IMG/VR virus record: IMGVR_UViG_3300049456_000112
Location: 1-55,624 of that record
Length of the DNA: 55,624 bases
Origin: a virus
Lineage: Duplodnaviria; Caudoviricetes
Reading direction: 5' to 3' (one strand)
Part shown: piece by piece, positions 46,639 to 55,624 of the stretch
Position numbering within the stretch: the stretch's first letter is position 1
Layout: each line of letters starts with the position of its first letter
Translations under genes and position numbers: made by a program
The notes under the pieces: model-generated
Seen by the model: the letters and a program-made list of their open reading frames with translations, nothing else
What the model was told of the DNA's origin: nothing
Databases searched by the model: none

Positions 46639-47243
46639 GGGACAAGCTCTATCGCGTGCGCAGGCCGGCTCTTCTTCAGCACCGTCACCATGGCATCCCC
46701 TGCGATGACGCGGGTCACGACAAAGTAAAGCGGGTTGCCGAGCCATAGCTTGCTGAAGTCGACGTGGTAGGACAGCACCCCGTCGCAGTGCTCATAGCGC
46801 CGGGCAAACGGCTTCCCGCTCTCGCCGAAGTCATGGATGATGAGATATCCGCCCGGCTTCAGCACGCGGTCGCCCTCGGCGGCGATCTGGAGCCAGTCTT
46901 CGGGGTCGGTCAAATAGAGGCAAAAGCCATAGATGACGAGGTCGAATGCTGCTTTGAGCAGCGGGAGAACTGCCGCTGTGGCATTGATGGTCCGGATGCC
47001 ATCACAGGACGCCGCCGTGCGAGCCTCAAGGCTCGGCTCTATGCCGGTAACCTCGCAGCCATATTTCTCGCGCAGCCGCCCCAATCGCCAGCCATTGGCG
47101 CAGCCGATTTCGAGCACGTTCTTCGGCGTGATCTTGGCATTCTCGATGACTCCGGAGACCAGATCGCGCTCGCCGAGCCGATCGCAGTTCCTGGCAAACC
47201 AAGCGTCGCCCTCGGAAGCAAGGAAGATATGCTTCTGCATCAT
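46635..47243 (-). CDS. SAM-dependent methyltransferase
   Basis: EGDAWF.RN, VLEIGCANG, GIEPS, FDLVIYGFCLY, DRVLKPGG.LIIHDF. Confidence 0.9.
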   Translation of the reverse strand: MMQKHIFLASEGDAWFARNCDRLGERDLVSGVIENAKITPKNVLEIGCANGWRLGRLREKYGCEVTGIEPSLEARTAASCDGIRTINATAAVLPLLKAAFDLVIYGFCLYLTDPEDWLQIAAEGDRVLKPGGYLIIHDFGESGKPFARRYEHCDGVLSYHVDFSKLWLGNPLYFVVTRVIAGDAMVTVLKKSRPAHAIELVP

Positions 47244-47422
47244 CGCCTCGCCAGAATGTCCATCCAATCGGAAACATCACGATCGTTCTGCGTGATCTGC
47301 GCCAGAACCTGCCTTGTTTCGCTCGGGGCGTGGAGGAGCGCGATCTCCATCAGCCGCTTCCACGGGCTATTGTTCGCGACGCGGATTTTGAAGATTTCGT
47401 TAACAATGTCCTGGTCCGTCAT
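47240..47422 (-). CDS. Hypothetical protein
   Basis: DQDIVNEI..IR..NN..W..LM.IAL.HAP.ET; coupled both sides. Confidence 0.65.
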   Translation of the reverse strand: MTDQDIVNEIFKIRVANNSPWKRLMEIALLHAPSETRQVLAQITQNDRDVSDWMDILARR

Positions 47423-47928
47423 CGCGTCCTCCCGAAGAGCAGCGCCGACACCGGCCCGCCCTTGCCCATGAAATGATTCAGAAGCTCGCCCTCCTGCTTA
47501 AATCCCGAGCCATGGATGATCTTGATCATCGCGAGATTGGTGCGCATGGCGCCGGCCTCCAGCTTCCTGACGCCGCCGGCATGGAGCATGTGCTCGCACG
47601 CCGCCTTCCATGCCTCGGAAGCGAGGCCTTTGCCCCAGTATCGCGTCTCGCCGATCATGATGCCCATGTTGGCGACGCCATTTGGCTCGTCGACCGTGGC
47701 GCTGACGTTGCCGATATAGTCGTTGTCATTGATGTGCCAGATCGCCCAGATATGCGACCGGCCCTTAAAACTATCGACATAACGCAATTGCGTGGAGAGC
47801 GTGTGCTCCCGATGCCGCTGCTCCGAGAATTGCACCACATCGGGATCGCGCAGCCAGGACAGGTTGCGCGGCGATGGCTTGCGCAGCGGCCGGAGGGTAA
47901 GCCGCGCGGTCGGGATCGTCGGGGTCAT
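47419..47928 (-). CDS. RimJ/RimL-type GNAT acetyltransferase
   Basis: TARLTLRPL, WL.DP.V..FSEQR, YIGNV, GIMIGE..YWGKGLASEA, N.AMI. Confidence 0.88.
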   Translation of the reverse strand: MTPTIPTARLTLRPLRKPSPRNLSWLRDPDVVQFSEQRHREHTLSTQLRYVDSFKGRSHIWAIWHINDNDYIGNVSATVDEPNGVANMGIMIGETRYWGKGLASEAWKAACEHMLHAGGVRKLEAGAMRTNLAMIKIIHGSGFKQEGELLNHFMGKGGPVSALLFGRTR

Positions 47929-48119
47929 TTGGTCGCCTTCACAAACCGGTCGCACCAGAATGCCGGGTCGATCGCACCCATCACCACCTCGCAGGTGCCG
48001 TAATGGCCAGTCCCCGGTATGAAATGCCGGCAGTATGACTTGTCATCGTGGAAGATTGGGCCGCAATGCGAGTGCAGCATGCCCTTCGAATAGGTGACGT
48101 CCTCCTTGCTGTCCTTCAC
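47925..48119 (-). CDS. HiPIP-like small 4-Cys protein
   Basis: V.Y......HC.........CRHF........CEVV.G.IDP..WC..F. Confidence 0.5.
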   Translation of the reverse strand: MKDSKEDVTYSKGMLHSHCGPIFHDDKSYCRHFIPGTGHYGTCEVVMGAIDPAFWCDRFVKATK

Positions 48120-48283
48120 GGCTTCCTCATCCGCTCCAGCAGGTGATCGATGAGCTGCAGGACCGCCTCCGACGTTGCCCGATTCCATGAGGCGCCGCCG
48201 CCGAAGTCGCCGGCACGCCGCATCGGCTCCATGGTCTCGGCGATGAAGGCTTTGCGCAGCTCGACCAGTTCGTCCCGGTTCAT
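48116..48283 (-). CDS. Hypothetical 55-aa protein (not in ORF track)
   Basis: MNRDELVELRKAF...; GAGGAG SD; coupled. Confidence 0.5.
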   Translation of the reverse strand: MNRDELVELRKAFIAETMEPMRRAGDFGGGASWNRATSEAVLQLIDHLLERMRKP

Positions 48284-48432
48284 GTGCTCCTCGCGGTTAC
48301 ATACTCATCGAGCGCCGAGCCGATGATGGTAGCGATCGAGATGCGATCGACGCGGGCGATCTGATTGATCGCGGCCCTGGTGCTCGGCCTGAGATTGATG
48401 CGGGTGGTCCAGGTAATGCGCGGCTCGCTCAT
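48280..48432 (-). CDS. Ribbon-helix-helix-like 50-aa protein heading the sugar operon
   Basis: TTRINLRPSTRAAINQIA......IATII..ALDEYV. Confidence 0.5.
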   Translation of the reverse strand: MSEPRITWTTRINLRPSTRAAINQIARVDRISIATIIGSALDEYVTARST

Positions 48433-48520
48433 GGCCCGTCGCAGTAGCACGATGCGAGCGCACTGTCAGCAAGAAATGACCGACTGTTCAAAAGCGGATA
48501 GGCGGGGCTATATAGGATGC

Positions 48521-48844
48521 ATGTCCGAAGTCAGGCACATCGTCCCGCGCCAGGGTGGCGAACTCAGGCCCTACAAGACGCCTGATGAGCATTGGCGGGA
48601 GGTGACCGAAGAAATCTATGGCAGCGCCGAACTGCCGGAGACGACCCAGCACATGCACGATCCGGAATGGGATCGCCGGCTCCTGAGCATCCAGAACGCC
48701 AACGATCAGACCAACGCGATCTTCGCGGCATTCGGGATGGTGCCGAGGAGCACTCGGCCGATGCGGGTTGGTTTCTGGTCGGTCATCGCCGTGCTGTTCG
48801 TCGCATCCGAAGCGATGTGGTTCGGGTTCCGGGTGCCGCGATGA
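48521..48844 (+). CDS. Hypothetical protein with C-terminal TM
   Basis: ATGA-coupled to terL. Confidence 0.5.
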   Translation: MSEVRHIVPRQGGELRPYKTPDEHWREVTEEIYGSAELPETTQHMHDPEWDRRLLSIQNANDQTNAIFAAFGMVPRSTRPMRVGFWSVIAVLFVASEAMWFGFRVPR

Positions 48845-50559
48845 CCCATCAGGCCCTCATCCGCGTTCTCGGCGCCGCGCGGCGGATCAAGGAGATTCAG
48901 GACGCCGAACGGCTTGAGGCCAGTTTTTACGAATTTTTCAGAGATGCGTGGCCGCAGTTCGATCCGGCCGACTTCGTCGACAACTGGCACCTGGAGGACA
49001 TCTGCAATCACATGGAGGCGGTGGCGCGCGGCTACATCCCGCGCCTCCTCCTGAACGAGCCGCCACGGACCGGCAAGACCGCGATCATCTCGATCTGCTT
49101 CTGCGCGTGGGTCTGGGCGCAACGGGAGCGCGGGCCATTGATGGGGCCCCAGGTCGCGTTCTTCTATGCCAGCTACGCGGAGGCGCTCTCGCTGGAGCAC
49201 TCGGTCAAATGCGCGCGGCTCATTCAGTCGCAATGGTACCAGCGCCGCTGGGGCCACAGGTTTAAGCTCCTCCGCGTCACGCAGGGCCAGATCGAGAACG
49301 ATCGCGGCGGTTATCGCATGTGCTCCTCGGTCGACGCCAAGGCGGCCGGCTTCGGTGCCGACATCCTGATCGCCGACGACCCGCATCTCGTCAAGGAGGC
49401 GGAATCGGAGGATGTCCGCGAGGGGACCGTGCGTTGGTGGTCGGAAACCATGCCGAGCCGACTCAACAACCGCAAAACTGGCGCCATGATCGTCGTCATG
49501 CAGCGGGTGCACGAAGGCGATCTGGCCGGCGATATCCTTCGCCGCGATGCCCTGGCGCGGAAGGCGGGCAAGCCGGCGAACTATGTCCACTTCTGCGTGC
49601 CCATGTCCTACGTGCCGTGTCAGCACGTCAATGCGTGGGTCGGCGATCATATTGAGACATTCATCGGCGATGATATCGAAACCATCGATGAGGGCGATGT
49701 TTTCTGGGCCGATGGCAGGAGCGAGGACGGCGATCTGCTATGGCCCGATCGTTTCCCGGCGAGCGAAGTTGTGAAGCTGGAGCAGGAGCTGGGTCCCTAC
49801 GCCTATGCCGGCCAATACCAGCAGGAGCCGGCCCCGCGCGGCGGCGGCGTCATCCGAAGAGAGTGGTGGCGCACATGGGACGAGAAGACGGCCGAAGAGC
49901 ACGACACCATATTCGAGGAGGTGAAGGACGAGTTCACCGGCAAGGTGCGGAAGAAGGAGACCTATCCCGGATTCGAATACATCATCGCCGCGTTCGACGG
50001 CGCGTTCACCGAGGATGAAGAGAACGATCCATCCGCGCTCTCGATCTGGGGCATCTTCCGGGATCGGAAGGGCAACCCCAAGATTTTTCTGATCTATTGC
50101 TGGGCCGAGTGGATGCGGATCAACGATGTTGTGACCCGCGTCGGTGCCGACTGCAAGAAGTTCAAGGTCGACAGGCTGATCATCGAAGACAAGGCGTCGG
50201 GTCACTCGGTCGGCCAGGAGCTGGCCCGGCTCTTTGGCATGTTCGACTTCGGCATAGAGCTGATCAACCCGAGGACCGGATTTATTAAGTCACCCGACAA
50301 GGTGGCCCGGCTTCTGACCGTGGTTCACCTGTTCGCCGAGGGTCTCGTCTATGCCCCGGACAAGGAATGGGCCGACGACATGATCACCCAGTGCGCCACG
50401 GTGCCGCGCGCCGTTCATGACGATCTGGCCGACACCTGTAGCATGGCGCTCATCTATCTGCGGCGTGCCGGCTGGGCCGTCCGGAAGGAGGAGCGGGCGC
50501 TCGAAATCGCCGATGAGACCAAATATCGGCCTCGGCGGGGTGCATTGTATCCGGTTTAG
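48841..50559 (+). CDS. terL: Terminase large subunit
   Basis: NWHLE, LLLNEPPRTGKT, ASYAE.LS, IADDPH, VMQRVHEGDLAG, YAGQYQQEPAP.GG, IIEDKASG, HDDLAD. Confidence 0.95.
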   Translation: MTHQALIRVLGAARRIKEIQDAERLEASFYEFFRDAWPQFDPADFVDNWHLEDICNHMEAVARGYIPRLLLNEPPRTGKTAIISICFCAWVWAQRERGPLMGPQVAFFYASYAEALSLEHSVKCARLIQSQWYQRRWGHRFKLLRVTQGQIENDRGGYRMCSSVDAKAAGFGADILIADDPHLVKEAESEDVREGTVRWWSETMPSRLNNRKTGAMIVVMQRVHEGDLAGDILRRDALARKAGKPANYVHFCVPMSYVPCQHVNAWVGDHIETFIGDDIETIDEGDVFWADGRSEDGDLLWPDRFPASEVVKLEQELGPYAYAGQYQQEPAPRGGGVIRREWWRTWDEKTAEEHDTIFEEVKDEFTGKVRKKETYPGFEYIIAAFDGAFTEDEENDPSALSIWGIFRDRKGNPKIFLIYCWAEWMRINDVVTRVGADCKKFKVDRLIIEDKASGHSVGQELARLFGMFDFGIELINPRTGFIKSPDKVARLLTVVHLFAEGLVYAPDKEWADDMITQCATVPRAVHDDLADTCSMALIYLRRAGWAVRKEERALEIADETKYRPRRGALYPV

Positions 50560-50599
50560 GGCCATGATATGACCGATCGTTCAATATTTGGAAGGCCGC

Positions 50600-53245
50600 A
50601 TGGCCGCGCCCCTCTCCCTTCGCCTGATTGACCCGTCCGAAACCCAGGACGAGCTTAAGCCTGCGGAGATCAATCTCGACGAAGGAAGCAGCAGCTCCGT
50701 CACCATCGATGATGACGGCACGGCTCGGATTGAGCATGCCGATGGCAGCGTTTCCTTCCGCGATGGCGCAGAGGCCGGCGATCCGGATGAGGACGATTTC
50801 TATCACAACATCGCCGATCAGGTCGGCGACGAAGAGCTTGGCCGCATCGCCTCCGATCTGCTGACCGGGATTGAGCTGGACCAGCAATCACGCAAGGATT
50901 GGATGGAGGCGAGGGCAACCGGCATCCGTCTCTTGGGCCTTAAGCTTGAGGAGCCGCGCGGCGATCTCGGCACATCATCGGCGCCATTGGAGGGCATGTC
51001 GACGGTGCGCCATCCGCTTCTCCTGGAGGCGACGATCCACTTTCAGGCCAACGCGCTCGGCGAGCTTTTGCCCGCGTCCGGCCCGGTCAAGGTCCGCAAC
51101 GATCTGCCGATGCGGCCCGACATGCCGCAGCAGCCGCCTTCGCCGCCAGTTCCTGGCGCCCCGCCGGAGGGGCAGGCGATGGATGATCTCGGCTCGGCGC
51201 TCGAAAAGGACATGAACCATTATCTGACGGTGACCGCCACGGAGTTCGTGCCGGATACCGACCGTATGATGTTCTACATCGGCTTCGGCGGCGATGGATT
51301 TAAGAAGGTCTACAACTGCCCACTGCGGCGTCGCCCGGTCTCCGAGTCCGTGGATGCCGAGGACATCATCGTCAGCAATTCTGCGACCGACATCAGAAAC
51401 TGCGGCCGGGTGACCCATCGCATCAAGATGCGGCCGTCCGTGATCAAGCGGATGCAGATCGACGGCTACTATCGCGACGTCAAGCTGGGGCAACCCAATC
51501 CTGCGATGCATGTCACCGCGCCCGAGCAGGAGAAGGCCGAGATCGGCGGCTACAAGCCACGACCGCAACAGCCCAAGGATGCCGAGTACGAAGTCTTTGA
51601 GGTCTATTGCGAGCTTGATCTCGACAAATTCGCGCCAGAGAAGTTCAAGGGCAAGGAGTTGCCGCTTCCCTTTGTTGTCACCCTTGAAAAGGAGAGCCGA
51701 CAGGTCCTTTCGATCCGTCGCAACTGGGATGAAGACGACGAGCAGGCGCTCGCGAAGCATTTCTTCGTCCAGTTTCCGTTCATCCGTGGCCTCGGCTTCT
51801 ATGGCATCGGCCTCCTGCACATCCTCGGCAACATCACGATGGCGCTGACCGCGATCGTGCGCATCATGATCGACAACGGGATGTTTGCGAACTTCCCGGG
51901 CTTCCTGTTCGCCAAGGGCGCGGGCCGGCAGAACACCAACCAGTTCCGCATCCCCCCCGGCGGCGGCATGCCGGTCGATGTGCCGCCGAGCATGCGCATC
52001 CAGGATGCGTTCATGCCGCTTCCGTACAAGGAAACCGGTGCCGCCTTCATTAACATGTTCACGCACCTGGAGGAGGGCGGCCAACGCCTCGGGCAAACGG
52101 CAGAGCTGAACATCGGCGAGGGCAAGCAGGACGTCCCGGTCGGGACGACGATGGCGCTGATCGAGCAGGCCACCAAGATCATGGATTCCGTGCACAAAAG
52201 ATTGCACGCCGCGCAGGCGCAGGAGTTCGGCCTTCTGAAGGAGCGATTTAAGGAGGACCCGGAGGCGTTCTGGCGCCACAACAAGAAGGGGCATCGCCCG
52301 GCACGGCAATGGACCGTCGATCAATTTAAGCAGGCATTGGAGGAGCGCGATCTGGTCCCGGTGGCCGATCCGAACAATCCGACGAGCCTGCACCGGATCG
52401 CGAAGGCGACCATTGTTGACACGCTCGTGCAGAAATATCCGCTCGACATCGACAAGCGCGCCGCCCTGAAGCGAATCATGCGGATCGCCGACATCGACTC
52501 CGATGGCCTGATGACGCCGCAGACCGGGCAGCCGCCGCCTGACCCGCGCATGGAGGCGATCAAGGCCAAGGCCGCCGCCGAGCAGATGAAGGCGCAGATC
52601 GATCAGGCCAAGGTTCAAATTCAGGCGCAGACCGCGCAGATGAATTTCCAGGACAAGGAAAAGGAGCGCCAGTTCAAGCATGCGATGCAGCAATACGAGC
52701 TGCAGCTTGAGCAGATGCGGGTGCAGGCCGAGATGATCATCCACGCGCACGATCTGAAGCGCGACGATACGCAGGCGCAGCACGAGATGGGCATGAAGCA
52801 GGCCGAAACCGCGCATGGCATCATGTCCGATCAGGCAAGCAATCAAATGGGCATTCAGCATGATGCACAGAAGCATCAGCTCGAAATCGTCGCCAGCGCC
52901 CATAAGAACCAGCAGGAGATCGCCGCGCAGCGTCAGAAGCACGAGCAGACCCTGCAGGCGCAAAGAGAACAGCATGCCCAGCAGATCGAGCTGGAGCGCG
53001 AGAAGCATCAGGCCGCGCTGGAAAACCAGAAGCAGATCGCGGAGGCGAAGGCCAAGGCGATCGGCCCGGCCGAAGAGAAGCGCGTGGGTATGGAAGCCGA
53101 AAAGCATAAGCAACAGATGCAGCTCGACGCCGAGACGCATAAGCGCGAAGGCGAGACGCACAAGGCCGAGCTGCAGAACAGCAAGGTTCTGACACAGGCG
53201 AAGGCCAAGGCGATGAACAAGCCGAAGCCGGCAGGAGACAAGTGA
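50600..53245 (+). CDS. Portal protein with long C-terminal coiled coil (P22-like podovirus type)
   Basis: Follows terL; D.QSRKDW, V.HPLL.EA...FQA, FKKVY, GFYGIGL.H.LG, PVGTT.ALIEQ..K.M..VHKRLH; Gln/Glu/His-rich tail. Confidence 0.88.
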   Translation: MAAPLSLRLIDPSETQDELKPAEINLDEGSSSSVTIDDDGTARIEHADGSVSFRDGAEAGDPDEDDFYHNIADQVGDEELGRIASDLLTGIELDQQSRKDWMEARATGIRLLGLKLEEPRGDLGTSSAPLEGMSTVRHPLLLEATIHFQANALGELLPASGPVKVRNDLPMRPDMPQQPPSPPVPGAPPEGQAMDDLGSALEKDMNHYLTVTATEFVPDTDRMMFYIGFGGDGFKKVYNCPLRRRPVSESVDAEDIIVSNSATDIRNCGRVTHRIKMRPSVIKRMQIDGYYRDVKLGQPNPAMHVTAPEQEKAEIGGYKPRPQQPKDAEYEVFEVYCELDLDKFAPEKFKGKELPLPFVVTLEKESRQVLSIRRNWDEDDEQALAKHFFVQFPFIRGLGFYGIGLLHILGNITMALTAIVRIMIDNGMFANFPGFLFAKGAGRQNTNQFRIPPGGGMPVDVPPSMRIQDAFMPLPYKETGAAFINMFTHLEEGGQRLGQTAELNIGEGKQDVPVGTTMALIEQATKIMDSVHKRLHAAQAQEFGLLKERFKEDPEAFWRHNKKGHRPARQWTVDQFKQALEERDLVPVADPNNPTSLHRIAKATIVDTLVQKYPLDIDKRAALKRIMRIADIDSDGLMTPQTGQPPPDPRMEAIKAKAAAEQMKAQIDQAKVQIQAQTAQMNFQDKEKERQFKHAMQQYELQLEQMRVQAEMIIHAHDLKRDDTQAQHEMGMKQAETAHGIMSDQASNQMGIQHDAQKHQLEIVASAHKNQQEIAAQRQKHEQTLQAQREQHAQQIELEREKHQAALENQKQIAEAKAKAIGPAEEKRVGMEAEKHKQQMQLDAETHKREGETHKAELQNSKVLTQAKAKAMNKPKPAGDK

Positions 53246-53469
53246 TGCCACATCCGAATGAAAACGATGCACGCCGCTCCCATGGTGACCGGCTCAACGC
53301 CATGACCGGCGAACGTGGCGAATATCCGGTCGATCGCGCCTCGCGCATTGCCGGCATTAAGGTGAGCGCCAGCGCGACGGGCGATTCCGGACACGCTCCG
53401 GAAGAGGTCTTCACGGCCGCGCCCGCGCGGCAAATAAGCAACTACGGCACCGTTAAGGGAGATGATTGA
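53242..53469 (+). CDS. Hypothetical protein
   Basis: Coupled to portal stop. Confidence 0.55.
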   Translation: MMPHPNENDARRSHGDRLNAMTGERGEYPVDRASRIAGIKVSASATGDSGHAPEEVFTAAPARQISNYGTVKGDD

Positions 53470-53470
53470 G

Positions 53471-54019
53471 ATGGCCCATCCCTATCACGCGCACCGCGAG
53501 CACCAGGTATCGCACCGCCGCGTCCACCCGATCCTGAAGGACGAGCCGAGTGGCGCCAAGCAGCACAATGGCAGCCGCGCGTTCAGCAAGGTCACAAGCA
53601 AGAGCGCGGCCGAGAACCACGATGACGCCATCGGCGGCAAGAGTGCATCGAACCGATATGCGCGCGGCGGCAAGGTCGGCCACAAGGGCCACAGCACCAA
53701 CATCGCGATCGTCATGCCCCATCGCCCGGCGACTCCTCCCAACCTCCCCGCCGGGCCAACTGCCGGGCCGCCGATGGGTGCTCCCCCCATGGGCGGCCCG
53801 GGCCTTCCTCCCGGCGGCCCGCCGCCCGGTGGTCCTCCTGGCATGCCGCCGGGCATGCCGATGCACGCCAAGGGCGGCCGCGTGATCGATGGCGAGAGCA
53901 CCAAGGCCAACATCGGCAAATGGGCAGGCCGCGCGAGCAAGAACAGCTACTTCCGTGGCGGCGCCGCAAGCGGTGTTGGCCGCGAGGAGAAGGCCGAGCA
54001 TATGAAGAGGCGCAAGTGA
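53471..54019 (+). CDS. Disordered Pro/Gly-rich head-region protein
   Basis: Repeated (Y/H)A(R/K)GG(K/R)V motifs around a PPG/PPM tract. Confidence 0.65.
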   Translation: MAHPYHAHREHQVSHRRVHPILKDEPSGAKQHNGSRAFSKVTSKSAAENHDDAIGGKSASNRYARGGKVGHKGHSTNIAIVMPHRPATPPNLPAGPTAGPPMGAPPMGGPGLPPGGPPPGGPPGMPPGMPMHAKGGRVIDGESTKANIGKWAGRASKNSYFRGGAASGVGREEKAEHMKRRK

Positions 54020-54216
54020 TCCGAAGCCACCACGCCCGCGTCTTCCATGAGCTGATGATCGAGCATCGCAAACAGATGGTCGACGCCATCATCAACGGCG
54101 GCATCGATTATCCGATGTATCGCCAGATCGTCGGCTCGATTCAGGGCATCGATGATGCCCTGCGAATATCGGAGCAGGCCGACATCAACATTAGCGGCGG
54201 CCAGAACGCCGCCTGA
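54016..54216 (+). CDS. Small head-region protein
   Basis: I..G..DY..YRQIVG.IQGI..AL; GTGA overlap. Confidence 0.65.
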   Translation: MIRSHHARVFHELMIEHRKQMVDAIINGGIDYPMYRQIVGSIQGIDDALRISEQADINISGGQNAA

Positions 54217-54226
54217 CGGAGAACCA

Positions 54227-54652
54227 ATGTCACTGATCCAGCATGCCAAGAAGACCGTCCCGATCAGCGAGGCCGGCAGCACCAAAGAGGCGATTGCCAA
54301 GAACCTCGGCGATCTCAGCGGCGTGGAGGTCTTTTATAACCAGATTTTGGTCGCCACGCGCCCACGCCCACGCATCGGCACGCTTGGCGGCAAGCAGTGG
54401 TACCAGCCCGACGAAAAGATTCAGGAAGACGAATATCAGTCCAAGGTCGGTCTCGTCATGAAGATGGGGCCAACCGCGTTCGAAGACGACGCGGAGACCG
54501 AATATGACGGCCAGCGCGTCAATGTCGGCGATTGGGTCGTCTATGCGGTGAAGGATGGATCGCAGCTTCTCATTAACGAGGTCCATTGCCGCCTCTTGGG
54601 TCCGCAGCATATCCGCCTGCGCCTGAAGGACCCGGACGCAGTGAGCTTCTAA
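54227..54652 (+). CDS. GroES-like co-chaperonin
   Basis: NQILV.......T.GG, VGLVMKMGP.AF, V.VGDWV.Y....G, CRLL. Confidence 0.75.
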   Translation: MSLIQHAKKTVPISEAGSTKEAIAKNLGDLSGVEVFYNQILVATRPRPRIGTLGGKQWYQPDEKIQEDEYQSKVGLVMKMGPTAFEDDAETEYDGQRVNVGDWVVYAVKDGSQLLINEVHCRLLGPQHIRLRLKDPDAVSF

Positions 54653-54663
54653 GGAAAACGCCT

Positions 54664-55624
54664 ATGCCAAGGATCAAACCGCCACGCAATGCCGGCCCGG
54701 TGCCGGAGCGCCCCGATCGCGAAGACCCGACCGAGCCGATTGAGATTTTGCTCAACGATGATGAGCCCGGCGATGTCGATGTTAACCTCGCCGCGCCGCC
54801 CGTGGAGGCCGAGCCCGAACCTGCGCCGGTCGCGCGCAAGGCCGCGCCGGAGCCGGCCGATGATGACGCGCTCGCGAAAGCATTGGAGGCGCAGCGCAGG
54901 GCCGAAGAGCTGCAACGGACCGCGCAGCGCGAACGCGACGATGCCGTGCGCCGAGCGCGCGACAATGAACAGGAGCTAACCCGCGAGCGCGGCGATCGGG
55001 AGGAGGCGCAGTACAACTCGGTGCTTACCGCCATCGCCGCCGAGCAGGGCTCCGTTGCCCGGGCGAAGTCGGACTTCGCCACCGCGATGGGCGCGCAGGA
55101 TTATGCCGCTGCCGCCGAGGCGCAGGCCGCGATGGCATCCGCTGCCGCGCGGCTCGATCGATTGGAGGACGGCAAGCAGGCCTTCGAAACGCGGCGCGAA
55201 ACGGCAAAGACCGAGCCGAAGCCCGAGAAGGTTGAGCCCCGGCCAGCCCGGCCGGATTTTGAGCAGCAGATCGCATCGCTGCCGGAAACCGCCCGCGTCT
55301 GGCTCCGCAAACATCCGGAGTTCATCACCGACACCGCCAAGAACGATGAAATCGGCGCATCGCATGCCTATCTGGTCAACCGCAAGAAAGTTGCCGCGTT
55401 CTCGGATGCATATTTCGATGCGCTCGACGAGGAATTTGGTTTTAAGGCCACATCGACGGCGACGGCAGAGCCGGCCCCGTCGCAACGAAGGAGTCTACCC
55501 ATGTCTGCGCCTGTGTCCCGTCAGGCCCCGTCGCCATCGGGGCAGCGCCAGAACAATAACATGACGCTCTCGCCGGAAGAGCGCGCCATCGCAAGGAACA
55601 GCTTCACCGCCACCGACATGTCCA
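54664..55624 (+). CDS. Putative capsid scaffolding protein, 3'-truncated (absent from ORF track)
   Basis: ATG 54664 after AAGGA; MPRIKPPRNAG..., acidic coiled coil, WLRKHPEF, open to window end; position after portal/GroES. Confidence 0.65.
   Translation, partial: MPRIKPPRNAGPVPERPDREDPTEPIEILLNDDEPGDVDVNLAAPPVEAEPEPAPVARKAAPEPADDDALAKALEAQRRAEELQRTAQRERDDAVRRARDNEQELTRERGDREEAQYNSVLTAIAAEQGSVARAKSDFATAMGAQDYAAAAEAQAAMASAAARLDRLEDGKQAFETRRETAKTEPKPEKVEPRPARPDFEQQIASLPETARVWLRKHPEFITDTAKNDEIGASHAYLVNRKKVAAFSDAYFDALDEEFGFKATSTATAEPAPSQRRSLPMSAPVSRQAPSPSGQRQNNNMTLSPEERAIARNSFTATDMS

Noticed and set aside
50975-53272. 765-aa minus-strand ORF
   Set aside because: Antisense shadow of the portal gene; Leu/His-rich mirror composition typical of high-GC DNA.
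53730-53860. CCG/GGC-rich repetitive tract
   Set aside because: Period of 3, encoding the PPG/PPM linker of a head-region protein; not a non-coding repeat.

Overview
GC-rich segment of a temperate, tailed bacteriophage genome, most likely infecting Alphaproteobacteria (Rhizobiales-like gene content). No host chromosomal genes are visible. In order: end of a virion/ejection-type gene and a lysis cassette (1-3.4 kb); accessory and regulatory genes (XRE, Crp/Fnr) and a large serine integrase (3.4-12.2 kb); leftward early genes (DnaA_C-domain, vWA, DGQHR, RecT, ExoVIII-like; 12.4-17.6 kb); rightward Cro, GapR-like, RuvC-like, DUF1376 and split primase-helicase genes (17.9-23.7 kb); a leftward early-type cluster with DUF932 (23.9-29.2 kb); TerS, small ORFs and a resolvase; a Ro60/TROVE locus; a ~10 kb nonulosonic (pseudaminic-acid-like) sugar cluster; TerL, portal, GroES-like and scaffold-like genes. 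Three non-coding systems stand out. (1) Six arrays of strictly 5-nt-periodic CGC-NN units with variable dinucleotides flank a RAMP/Cas7-like gene (18.56-20.28 kb), a candidate RNA-guided system with a non-contiguous code. (2) A tandem array of four Y-RNA-like units, two carrying differently circularly permuted tRNAs, lies directly upstream of Ro60 and a phosphoesterase (34.8-37.3 kb). (3) A covarying structured motif (GNRA hairpin plus AUGGC-pentaloop hairpin) sits in front of most genes of the 25-29 kb cluster. A 16-bp palindromic operator-like motif also recurs at eight sites. All protein calls come from motif recognition by eye; no database searches were run.
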